This document shows, piece by piece, positions 1 through 8,109 of a DNA stretch of 53,595 nt. The stretch is from positions 1-53,595 of IMG/VR virus record IMGVR_UViG_3300040734_000009, one strand, 5' to 3'. This DNA comes from a virus. Its lineage: Duplodnaviria > Caudoviricetes. A program made the position numbers and the translations under genes. Under the pieces are notes generated by a model. That model was not told the DNA's origin and did not search any database. It was given only the letters and a program-made list of their open reading frames with translations. Positions within the stretch are counted from its first letter, which is position 1, and every line of letters starts with the position of its first letter.

Positions 1-4
1 TGTC

Positions 5-55
5 TGAGCGGGAAACGAGATTCGAACTCGCGGCCCTCAGCTTGGGAAGCTGATG
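5..55 (-). other. 3' half of tRNA-Gly(CCC); probable att core (attR or attP)
   Basis: Reverse complement reads CATCAGC-TT-CCC-AA-GCTGA-GGGCC-GCGAG-TTCGAAT-CTCGT-TTCCCGCTCA, giving anticodon arm, T arm and 3' acceptor strand. The 5' half (D arm) is absent and replaced by AT-rich sequence. Confidence 0.85.
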
Positions 56-227
56 ATTCAATTACCCTATTAAGCTGTTAATATGATAATTGCAAGGTTT
101 TAAAAACATCATCCGCAAACATTTCTCAAAACAAGCCCTCATTTTCTCAAATATCCTATTGTAAATATGGCAGAAATTTACCATCTTTGTGACGTCATTC
201 AATCGCTTGTTTTGCCAAGCACTGTGT

Positions 228-258
228 AAAAAAAATCCCTGCCATCTGACAGGGATTT
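228..258 (-). terminator. Intrinsic terminator closing the late operon
   Basis: Stem AAATCCCTG/CAGGGATTT followed by a T-run on the minus strand, just after the last minus-strand gene. Confidence 0.75.
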
Positions 259-306
259 CTCATTATTAGTCCGTGCAATTTACACGTAATATCCATCCAG
301 GGCAAT

Positions 307-1119
307 TTAAGAAAATATCTCTCCGTTCCTCCTAAGTGGGGTTTTTCTTTGCGAAAGCGCCTGTTTGATCTTAACCAACTCAATCTCGTATTGCGTCGTC
401 TCGATCTGAGCATCATCCATGTACCGGTTGACAATGAACCACTCTTTTACAAAGTAGGTGATTAGGGCCTCCAGTGTTGATCCCCATGCCTGGTGAATCA
501 TATTCAGGTCCCAAGTGGTGTTCATGTCGAGATAGTACACTATGAAGTCATCTGTCTGTGTCATCACGGCATACTCAAGGCTATCCACATCGGTAGTGAA
601 TGCGCTGTCAAGGGTGATGGTGTCGGCGGTATTACTCACAATAGTCCTCTCCTGGTTCTGTTCCAAGCCGGCAGAGGTTATCACCAGCTTGTAGCCGGCA
701 AGCTCATTTACGACAAATGCCTGTTCAGAATCGGTCAGTACGGCGGTCGTTCCTCCGGAGGTAACGGATCCACTCTCCACCGGCTCCCCGAATTTCACAT
801 TGAACCGGTTGGCTCCGGCAATATTCTTGGCCCATGCTGACATCTTCATGAATACCTCATTGCATCCCCTTTTCATCAGGTCATCAAACATATCGCGCTC
901 GTCATCGGTGATGGCAAGGTGATCTATCCTGGATTCCCCCTGTTCATTCTTTGCAAACCGGGATCTCCATGCGGTCCTCTTCTTGGTGCCCTCGAAGAGA
1001 GTATCAAGGTTGAATAACATGATGAGCCGGTAGTTGTTGCCGGCACTTGCCTCTATGCTCGTAAGGTAGGTCGTTACGTTAACATAGGTCTTGTCCGAGG
1101 TATTGTATAGCAGTATCAT
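307..1119 (-). CDS. Putative virion structural protein (adaptor-like) with an inserted beta-rich domain
   Basis: 270 aa; helical ends flank a T/S/G-rich segment (GSVTSGGTTAVLTD...TITLDSAFTT) typical of phage structural proteins; 4-nt overlap with the upstream gene. Confidence 0.55.
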   Translation of the reverse strand: MILLYNTSDKTYVNVTTYLTSIEASAGNNYRLIMLFNLDTLFEGTKKRTAWRSRFAKNEQGESRIDHLAITDDERDMFDDLMKRGCNEVFMKMSAWAKNIAGANRFNVKFGEPVESGSVTSGGTTAVLTDSEQAFVVNELAGYKLVITSAGLEQNQERTIVSNTADTITLDSAFTTDVDSLEYAVMTQTDDFIVYYLDMNTTWDLNMIHQAWGSTLEALITYFVKEWFIVNRYMDDAQIETTQYEIELVKIKQALSQRKTPLRRNGEIFS

Positions 1120-1616
1120 ATTATGATGAGTTTGAAATGATCCGGGAGTGTCGCGCGAAGCATATCCATTGCCCGGGTTGATTCTGCAATATCCAGGGTG
1201 CCATCATCGTTAAGGTCCACAAACCGGAGTCCTGGCATGATGCATCCTTCGGTGTCCACCTTACGGGGATTGCTAACCTGATCTCTTGGAACGATCTTGA
1301 ATAACCTTCTGAATATAAGGATAAGCCGCAGGATATGTTTCAGTCCTCTTTCGCTGGCAAAATTACCGATGTGGAGGAGAATACCATCCCGCCCGGGAAC
1401 ATCTTTCACAAGCCAGCAATGGCCATACTTGGGGTGTTGTATCCGCTCGCAGTCATAAGTGCCGGCAGGAATACAGCTGACCTTCCTTTCATTGTTCAGC
1501 CATGGAAGCTCAAGGGATTTAATGTTGAGTGCAATCCGGTCCTGCTCAAAGACAATGAGGCTCCCAGGGGTCTGGGATGCCTCATATCGTCTTGCTATGA
1601 CTGCTGTGACGTTCAC
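1116..1616 (-). CDS. DUF5675-family putative endolysin (L,D-transpeptidase-like)
   Basis: Motifs LELPWLNN..SCIPAGTY, DVPGRDGILLHIGN and DTEGCI; adjacent to a holin-like gene. Confidence 0.8.
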   Translation of the reverse strand: MNVTAVIARRYEASQTPGSLIVFEQDRIALNIKSLELPWLNNERKVSCIPAGTYDCERIQHPKYGHCWLVKDVPGRDGILLHIGNFASERGLKHILRLILIFRRLFKIVPRDQVSNPRKVDTEGCIMPGLRFVDLNDDGTLDIAESTRAMDMLRATLPDHFKLIII

Positions 1617-1627
1617 GGCTTATTAAC

Positions 1628-2722
1628 TTAATTAGGCAGGGCAATCTTTATTCCCGGAGACAAATAGAATCTCTCTTTTGGCAAGAGGTTGCTGTTTGCA
1701 TTGTACCCTATCCCTACACTGAAGTTAATGCCCTTAAATATCTCCCATCGGTACCCAAGATCATAGACAGAGATGGCGGCCATAAAGGACCAATACCCAT
1801 AAATATCATTCCCGGGAATAGGTGGCAGAACATACCCTCCGATACCATAATCCTTAAATACTGCATCTCCTACAGCTGTACAATGATCGAAGACTAATCC
1901 ATAGCCGGGTCGGGCAAAGTTATCTGGTATAAACCTCCCTTCATCTGCCGAATAGTGATACTGAAATCCCTGAAAAGTCAAAGCTGTTCGCAAAAACAAT
2001 GCTCCATTATCATTGAAATAAAGAGTATCAATTCCGCGATTAGATTTGCGAACCTTCACTATGGATGCTTTCACCTTTACCATATCTGAAGTAAGCGGAG
2101 TTATGAGCCTGGCAACAAAGGACTGTTTCCGGGGCTCATATATATCTTTCTTTTCATTGAATAGCGACTCAACAAATGCTCTGGTCACATATCCTCCATG
2201 ATACTGATTGGAATCTGCGAGCGCTATTCCTTCAACGGTATTAGAAGCATCAAACGTTATTGGTTGTGCCTTAATTCCAATGACCATTATTCCAAGGAGG
2301 ATAATTGTCATTGTCCCTCTTTTCAGGGCCCTGGACGTGGCCGGCGAGATAAACCCTCGTACAGCATTCTTGTTATGCTGTGGCGCAAAGAACGTAGTAC
2401 CGAGGTAGGTAAATGAGGCTGCCGCTACGATCTTCCATACAACATTCCATACAACAACTCCCTCGATGAAATAGGTAGTGAATCCCTCGACAATACATGT
2501 CCCGATGGCGATGAGTAGTCCCGATGCCAGGTTGATCCACGAGAGAGCGCCTGCAGGAGAGTCAGAGTGAAAGAATTTAACGATGTTCTTGCCGAAGTAT
2601 ATGAGTATCGTACTCACTGCTGTTACTCCGAGCAGAACCCAGTTGATAGGCTGTACAGCGAACGCTGCCACAATTACTCCTATGAGCATTTGTGCAAGTC
2701 CTTTCCAAAACTGCTGATTCAT
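1628..2722 (-). CDS. Holin-like 4-TM domain fused through a signal-peptide-like segment to a beta-strand-rich domain
   Basis: aa 1-113 are two internally repeated hydrophobic hairpins; aa 131-152 RALKRGTMTIILLGIMVIGIKA are followed by Q; the C-terminus has alternating beta-strand patterns. Confidence 0.6.
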   Translation of the reverse strand: MNQQFWKGLAQMLIGVIVAAFAVQPINWVLLGVTAVSTILIYFGKNIVKFFHSDSPAGALSWINLASGLLIAIGTCIVEGFTTYFIEGVVVWNVVWKIVAAASFTYLGTTFFAPQHNKNAVRGFISPATSRALKRGTMTIILLGIMVIGIKAQPITFDASNTVEGIALADSNQYHGGYVTRAFVESLFNEKKDIYEPRKQSFVARLITPLTSDMVKVKASIVKVRKSNRGIDTLYFNDNGALFLRTALTFQGFQYHYSADEGRFIPDNFARPGYGLVFDHCTAVGDAVFKDYGIGGYVLPPIPGNDIYGYWSFMAAISVYDLGYRWEIFKGINFSVGIGYNANSNLLPKERFYLSPGIKIALPN

Positions 2723-2785
2723 GATTTTGTGATTTGGTTAAACATTAATGTTTTAGCGTAGTAAAGTTATCACTTTTGTTGTATA

Positions 2786-2804
2786 ATACTGCGTATTTGC
2801 CGTA
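2786..2804 (-). promoter_or_regulatory. Operator-like motif, copy 1 (TACGGCAAATACGCAGTAT)
   Basis: Matches TACRRC-N4-AYGCAGTA; intergenic, upstream of the holin-like gene. Confidence 0.7.
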
Positions 2805-2819
2805 TGATGTTCAAAAAAA

Positions 2820-3656
2820 TTAAGCCGCATCAACCTCAAAGGGAAACTCATACATACGCTTCTCGCTGCCGGTGAGTGATGGACTCTGTGGAAAGTCTTT
2901 TGACGGAAGATACTTTTCAACATCCTTCTGCCAGTTGATATTGAATACTCCCGGGCGCATGATCTGTGCAAAATAGAAGGTGAACGCACCGGTATATTCA
3001 TTATTGATGTAGGCATCGCTGGCGGTTTCCCTTTCTCCGCATGCCGCGAACACTATCCAATCAATCTCCTCGTTGATGATCTCCCGCTTGGATACATGGA
3101 AGTTCTCGGGAAGGGGTTCAGAAAGCAGGAACCTGGGCTGCCTGTAATGAGGATTGTTCATCACTCTCGGGATCGTGATCCCGGTGGAGAAACAGCAGTC
3201 AAGGATGAACGTAACCTTCAGGCCGGCCGGCTTCTTCTTCATGAGTTCATAAAGCTGATAATCCGCATAGGTCCCGTTATAGAAATAGAACGCCTCGGAG
3301 AACCCGTCTATCTCCCGGGGATTCCGCTTATAGGTACCATGACCGGAGTAATGGATGACCAGGTGCCCGATAGGCATGTTCTCAAATGCCTTGAGGATCT
3401 CTGCCTCGAATCTTTGCCATGTGCATTGACTGTCCTGGAAGAGCCGAAATACAAACTGCGACCAGAATTGTTTTATCCGGGCAACAATCTTCTTCTGATC
3501 GTTAAGGCATCCCCGGAGCGGTCTCTGGGTGTATTTATTGATGGCAAAGGATAGGCAGCAGAACAACCCATAGTTGAACGGTGCCTCCGGTGCCGGGGTG
3601 AATAGGTTCTTAAAGAAGCGAGCTATCTTCATAATGAGTGTGTTTTTTGTTGTCAT
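2820..3656 (-). CDS. Caspase-family (peptidase C14, metacaspase-like) protease
   Basis: LRGCLND, HYSGHG (catalytic His), ILDCCFS (catalytic Cys), FAAC..E.ASD, GAFT and Q.P.L motifs. True start may be Met9 (3632). Confidence 0.9.
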   Translation of the reverse strand: MTTKNTLIMKIARFFKNLFTPAPEAPFNYGLFCCLSFAINKYTQRPLRGCLNDQKKIVARIKQFWSQFVFRLFQDSQCTWQRFEAEILKAFENMPIGHLVIHYSGHGTYKRNPREIDGFSEAFYFYNGTYADYQLYELMKKKPAGLKVTFILDCCFSTGITIPRVMNNPHYRQPRFLLSEPLPENFHVSKREIINEEIDWIVFAACGERETASDAYINNEYTGAFTFYFAQIMRPGVFNINWQKDVEKYLPSKDFPQSPSLTGSEKRMYEFPFEVDAA

Positions 3657-3831
3657 ACTTTTCTTTTTGCGGGAGCGGAGTACGCAATCCCAGGTTACAA
3701 AAGATAATTCCGTATTGGTTCCTGGAGTAGTCTATGTAAACCTCAAACAGGGTGATCTTACCTATCCTGATCTTGATGGCGTACTTATCCCACCCCTTCT
3801 TCTTCGACTTCCAACTGTTGATTACTGCCAT
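3610..3831 (-). CDS. Small hypothetical protein
   Basis: 73-aa ORF, co-oriented and tightly packed in the operon. Confidence 0.55.
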   Translation of the reverse strand: MAVINSWKSKKKGWDKYAIKIRIGKITLFEVYIDYSRNQYGIIFCNLGLRTPLPQKEKYDNKKHTHYEDSSLL

Positions 3832-3833
3832 GG

Positions 3834-4160
3834 CTATGCGATGAGTGCAATTATTATTGCGGCTACAGCGGTAATGGCTATGGCCGCATTAAACACGGTG
3901 TTCCATGCAATGTTTTTCTTTGCCCCTTCCTCCTTTTGCAATCTCTCCCGTTCCTTAAACTGAGTGATAAACTCTGTGGAAACTTTCACATCTGCAGCCA
4001 TGGGAGTTACTATTGATAGAAGAGTGGCAATCTGACCCTTCATTCCTGGATCTTCACTGCCTGCACCATTAATGTTATCATCAATCTTATCAACCTTCTC
4101 TTTTAGGCTCCTAATCTCTGCCTCTTTGATGCAAGTATGTGGTGTCCTCGGAGGTGTCAT
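3834..4160 (-). CDS. Coiled-coil protein with C-terminal TM helix (holin or lysis accessory-like)
   Basis: 108 aa; hydrophobic C-terminus AAIAITAVAAIIIALIA; position at the start of the lysis region. Confidence 0.6.
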   Translation of the reverse strand: MTPPRTPHTCIKEAEIRSLKEKVDKIDDNINGAGSEDPGMKGQIATLLSIVTPMAADVKVSTEFITQFKERERLQKEEGAKKNIAWNTVFNAAIAITAVAAIIIALIA

Positions 4161-4172
4161 GGCGGTAAGAAT

Positions 4173-4451
4173 TTAAAATATTGCATTAATAATTGTTTCG
4201 CCGATGAGCCATGCAAAGCATGTTACCCATCCGGCTACCCATGTTGCAAAAAAGTCATAGAAGTCTGCCGTACCTTTCCTGAGTAGTTTATCCCATACAA
4301 TTTCTTTCCCCGCGCCGACAATCAAAACCAGACCGAATACTGCGGCCCTGTCCCAATTATACATATACTCATGAGGGATGAATGTTACCAGGGCCATACC
4401 CATCAAGGCGATGAGTATGCCAGCTATTGCATGAAGTCGTTTGTCTTTCAT
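4173..4451 (-). CDS. Small membrane protein (YfiM/DUF2279/VanZ-like), paralog A
   Basis: DKRLH..G, GAGKE..WD and D..D...TW..G motifs with about 3 hydrophobic segments. Confidence 0.65.
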   Translation of the reverse strand: MKDKRLHAIAGILIALMGMALVTFIPHEYMYNWDRAAVFGLVLIVGAGKEIVWDKLLRKGTADFYDFFATWVAGWVTCFAWLIGETIINAIF

Positions 4452-4452
4452 T

Positions 4453-6759
4453 TTACTGTTTCTTAATTGGTTTGCCAGATAATGTTTTCAACATGATTCC
4501 GGATGGTGATTTAAGAGCAGATGTGATTCCGGGTGATAATGGCAGTTCATGTTCATAAGCTCCAAGATCAGGACCATCACCTATAAAAGATATTCCAACG
4601 TCAACCCCTGTATCAATAAGATCACTACCAACCGCGAGATGAAGGAAACTGAGAACGGGTTTATTATTACCGGTACGACTACCAGATACGCCGGTACTGT
4701 CTATACTTGCAAAGTCAGTTGAGTTGACCACATAGCTTGTGTTATTATTACCATTTATCAAGAATGTATTATGACTTAGCACACTCTCGGCATTCCATGT
4801 CCCATTACCTAAAGTGTTGTCGTAGGATATGTTATTATTGGATTGATTGACGGCTGTCCCCATGTTAAACAAGAAATACCCGTATCCACCATTTCCATAA
4901 GAGGTATTATTCCTGATAAGGATTATTGTATAGGTGGCATTCTGATTGAATCCGGCGCCTCTATTACGGAATGATACATTATTAGTTACAATTCTTAGTG
5001 TGTCGCTGTAAGCTGATGCGCCACTATATAGCCGCCCGAGCTTAATGCCATTGCCGTCACCCCCTGTTGTAGTCCCGTCCTCTCTGTATCCATTGTGCCA
5101 TGTCCAGCAGCTATCAATAGATACCTTCTTCCCACTATCCCACAGGTCAATGCCGTCATCAGAGTTATTCCAGGATCGGTGCCCGCGTATGATTGTCTCG
5201 GTTCCTTCGCCCATATCTGTCACCTCTAATCCATCACCGTCACCGTAGGGATCACTGCCGTAAGGATCTATCGGGTCGTAATTATGGTGAGTATCGCAGT
5301 AAAGAATTTGAGGATCACCACACGCATAAACAAGTATCCCGTGTCCGTTATGGTCGCTCTCTACACGTTCAATGATACAGTTGTCGGAGTTATACAGGGT
5401 AAGCCCGGAGCATATAGACGACAGTGCCGTGTCCTGTTCAAAGCCGGTTATCCGCAGGTCCTTCAGGTAAATGTAATTTGCACCACTTACCTTCAATAAC
5501 GCTACCGGCCAGCTCACGGCACCGAACTCTCCCGCAGCACGGGTAAATACAGGGGATTCACCCGGATAGGCCCATACATTGATATAGTTACCAGCACTCC
5601 CGCTCTTGCCACTCATCACCTGGTCGTCATTATACTCATACGTACCGCCACGGCAATAGATAACATCGCCGGCATCCACCGATGCCCATGCGTGGTTTAT
5701 GGTAAACCAGGGCGAAGCCAATGTTCCTGCTCCTGCATCACTGCCCGTAGGGGAAATATAAAATGTATCTCCCTGATATATCCTTGCTCCTACCTGCCAT
5801 GTACTTCCCTGTAATGTTGTATCGGGATCACCGCTTCCCCATACGGCATCCACGGATAATCCGTAATCAAATGAACTTCCGAGATCTGTTCCATAGAATA
5901 AGGGTTCAGACGGAACAAAATCAACGGTATCAATGAAAGCAGGGTTTACCACCTGCGAATGTGTGTCATATCCAAGCGCCTGCCATTGGGCAAAAGTCAT
6001 AGACGTTCCACAGAAATTAAACAGCGGTGTTCCTGCCTCGCAATAGTAGACGTTAAAGTCGCACTCAAGACCTACGGTATCACTTAACTCATATACATAG
6101 ATGTTGTATATCTGGTTCTTCGTGTAGAAGATGTTGTTCATGATCTTTACCCCGGTGGATGCTGCCACAGGGCTGTCATTCTCATAAACATCCACCAGTC
6201 CCCGCCATGTCCCCGCCCCGGGAGCTGTATAAGACACATTAGACGAGTAGAACGTATTACCATATACCCTCACTCCGTTCATGCCTTTAATGGCTATTGC
6301 CGTTGCCTCCGGTGAACGAAAGATGTTATAAGCTACCGATCCGTTGGTATCGGTCATACCATCGGATTTCCTGACCACTCCCATCGGCACACGGTCAACA
6401 TAGTTGTAACGAATGACAGCATCAATGTTATACCCCGTAAAAATACCATGCGTGACAGTTGCATCGGTTCCGTCGCCTACCCACAAAAACCTATTGCCAG
6501 TTATCTTCTCCCCGTCAAGATTATTGTTATAAGCTCCAACGGTTTCATCCCCGGCCTGTAGCAGATAACCTACGGTGTTCTGTGACTGGATGATGCTGTT
6601 TTTAAAGGTAAAGTCAATGGCTGAAGTTCTGGTGACATTGTACCCATACCATGTAGCTTCGGTGTTGGTTATTGTCTCATTCTCAACGACTACCTGTGCA
6701 GTAATTAGCCATGGCAGAAATAACAGGGCAAGGCAAACTATGTTTCTCAATACAGCCAT
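4453..6759 (-). CDS. Tandem right-handed beta-helix protein with Sec signal; C-terminal module resembles PL9 polysaccharide lyase
   Basis: Signal peptide ending LITA/Q; Asn-ladder repeats; YISPTGSD..GT...PW, DGDG, NSDDGID, GDGNGIKLG and PDLGAYE motifs. Confidence 0.8.
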   Translation of the reverse strand: MAVLRNIVCLALLFLPWLITAQVVVENETITNTEATWYGYNVTRTSAIDFTFKNSIIQSQNTVGYLLQAGDETVGAYNNNLDGEKITGNRFLWVGDGTDATVTHGIFTGYNIDAVIRYNYVDRVPMGVVRKSDGMTDTNGSVAYNIFRSPEATAIAIKGMNGVRVYGNTFYSSNVSYTAPGAGTWRGLVDVYENDSPVAASTGVKIMNNIFYTKNQIYNIYVYELSDTVGLECDFNVYYCEAGTPLFNFCGTSMTFAQWQALGYDTHSQVVNPAFIDTVDFVPSEPLFYGTDLGSSFDYGLSVDAVWGSGDPDTTLQGSTWQVGARIYQGDTFYISPTGSDAGAGTLASPWFTINHAWASVDAGDVIYCRGGTYEYNDDQVMSGKSGSAGNYINVWAYPGESPVFTRAAGEFGAVSWPVALLKVSGANYIYLKDLRITGFEQDTALSSICSGLTLYNSDNCIIERVESDHNGHGILVYACGDPQILYCDTHHNYDPIDPYGSDPYGDGDGLEVTDMGEGTETIIRGHRSWNNSDDGIDLWDSGKKVSIDSCWTWHNGYREDGTTTGGDGNGIKLGRLYSGASAYSDTLRIVTNNVSFRNRGAGFNQNATYTIILIRNNTSYGNGGYGYFLFNMGTAVNQSNNNISYDNTLGNGTWNAESVLSHNTFLINGNNNTSYVVNSTDFASIDSTGVSGSRTGNNKPVLSFLHLAVGSDLIDTGVDVGISFIGDGPDLGAYEHELPLSPGITSALKSPSGIMLKTLSGKPIKKQ

Positions 6760-7820
6760 ATCACAGGTATTTCATTACTTGCTGTTACGTCCACCCCTGT
6801 CTCTGTTGCCGGAGGGGTTATCTGCGCGGTCACAATCCCAGCTATTTTATTTGTTCCGGTCAGTGCTGAAAATGCCGCATGTAAGAAATCATTATTGAAA
6901 TAAATCTTCGGAGCGGTTGTTTGCGCGGATGAATTATAAACCAGAAATACGTAATAAAGCCCGGGATTTAGTGTATGCGGTCCTGTTGCAAATGCCCTTG
7001 TTGCAGAGGTGTTGGCCGTTGTCTTCCATATGTCACCATCATTAGCTGTGCTGTCAATGTACGTGTAGGTAGTCCCGGATACGCTATATATGGCAAATCC
7101 GTTATAGTTGTCTGCCGTGTATGCCCCTTGTGTATCCTGAATAAATCCTACACCAGTCACTTCGAGGGTATCAAAAAAATAGAATTGGGTGTATATTGCC
7201 TGTGCATCATAAAGCGAGTGCGATACTCTGGGGTACAAGCCGAAAGAGGGACCGGCCTTGATGGACATTCCTGCAGCCTGGAGGGCTTTAATATAGTTAT
7301 CCTCAATCCCGTTATTCCACTGAGTCAGGACAACCCCTACTTCCCCGTCTGCAATGTATTGGTCAATCGAATCAATTACATCTTCGGGCGTTGCATATCC
7401 GGAATTGGCGATGCTATCCACAAGCGCCTTTCTGGTCACATAGTTGCCGGCAGAAGTCAGGGTGCTATCCACTGCCCTTATACGGCCGTTGATCTGTGTC
7501 TGTACCGCAGAGGTTACTCCCGCGATCCTATTAAGCTCGGCCGTGGTCACAGTTGCTCCCCGGAGGATGGCCAACTCAGTCGGCTCAAGGTAATAGGTCT
7601 GCAGTCGGTTCAACTCAGCGATCCCCTTATCTGCCTTGTCAAAGGCCGTTCTCGCCTTGTCAGCCGAAGGGTCATTGTTGTATGCCCCTATGTTTATACG
7701 TTCCAGGGCAATATTGGGAGCCCGCGATGTTGTTTGCATCTTCCGTAAAGACCCGCAGCTGGTTACTGCTAACGCTATGGTAACTATTATAAGCAGTGAT
7801 AGTTTTTTCATATTGTGCAC
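6747..7820 (-). CDS. Lipoprotein-signal protein carrying phage tail-fibre motifs
   Basis: MKKLSLLIIVTIALAVTS-C lipobox; INIGAYNNDPSADKARTAFDK and TELAILRGATVTTAELNRIAGVTSAVQTQIN motifs. Likely start is Met4 (7811). Confidence 0.65.
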   Translation of the reverse strand: MHNMKKLSLLIIVTIALAVTSCGSLRKMQTTSRAPNIALERINIGAYNNDPSADKARTAFDKADKGIAELNRLQTYYLEPTELAILRGATVTTAELNRIAGVTSAVQTQINGRIRAVDSTLTSAGNYVTRKALVDSIANSGYATPEDVIDSIDQYIADGEVGVVLTQWNNGIEDNYIKALQAAGMSIKAGPSFGLYPRVSHSLYDAQAIYTQFYFFDTLEVTGVGFIQDTQGAYTADNYNGFAIYSVSGTTYTYIDSTANDGDIWKTTANTSATRAFATGPHTLNPGLYYVFLVYNSSAQTTAPKIYFNNDFLHAAFSALTGTNKIAGIVTAQITPPATETGVDVTASNEIPVIWLY

Positions 7821-7842
7821 TTTTAAGAAATGTTGAATACTT

Positions 7843-8109
7843 TCATCGCTTCAGCCAATCTGTTAGTCCGATAAATATTGCCGTGATTATACCGCCAGCC
7901 CACGTAAAGGTGATATCGGCCACTTCCGGCTGTCCCCAATTAAACCACAGGTCGCCCGCTTCTTTTGCGCCGCCGACCAACAAGGGTAACAGGCATGATA
8001 CGGCTATCACCCAATCCTGCCTTTTCCCGTTTATCGCTCGCCCGAAAACGAGCATTATCACCGCTGCTATTGCGGCTCCTGAATACAAGTGAAGTAGTAA
8101 GTCTGTCAT
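7843..8109 (-). CDS. Small membrane protein (YfiM/DUF2279/VanZ-like), paralog B
   Basis: LLH..SG, GGAKE..D and E.AD...TW.GG; same motif pattern as 4173-4451. Confidence 0.65.
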   Translation of the reverse strand: MTDLLLHLYSGAAIAAVIMLVFGRAINGKRQDWVIAVSCLLPLLVGGAKEAGDLWFNWGQPEVADITFTWAGGIITAIFIGLTDWLKR

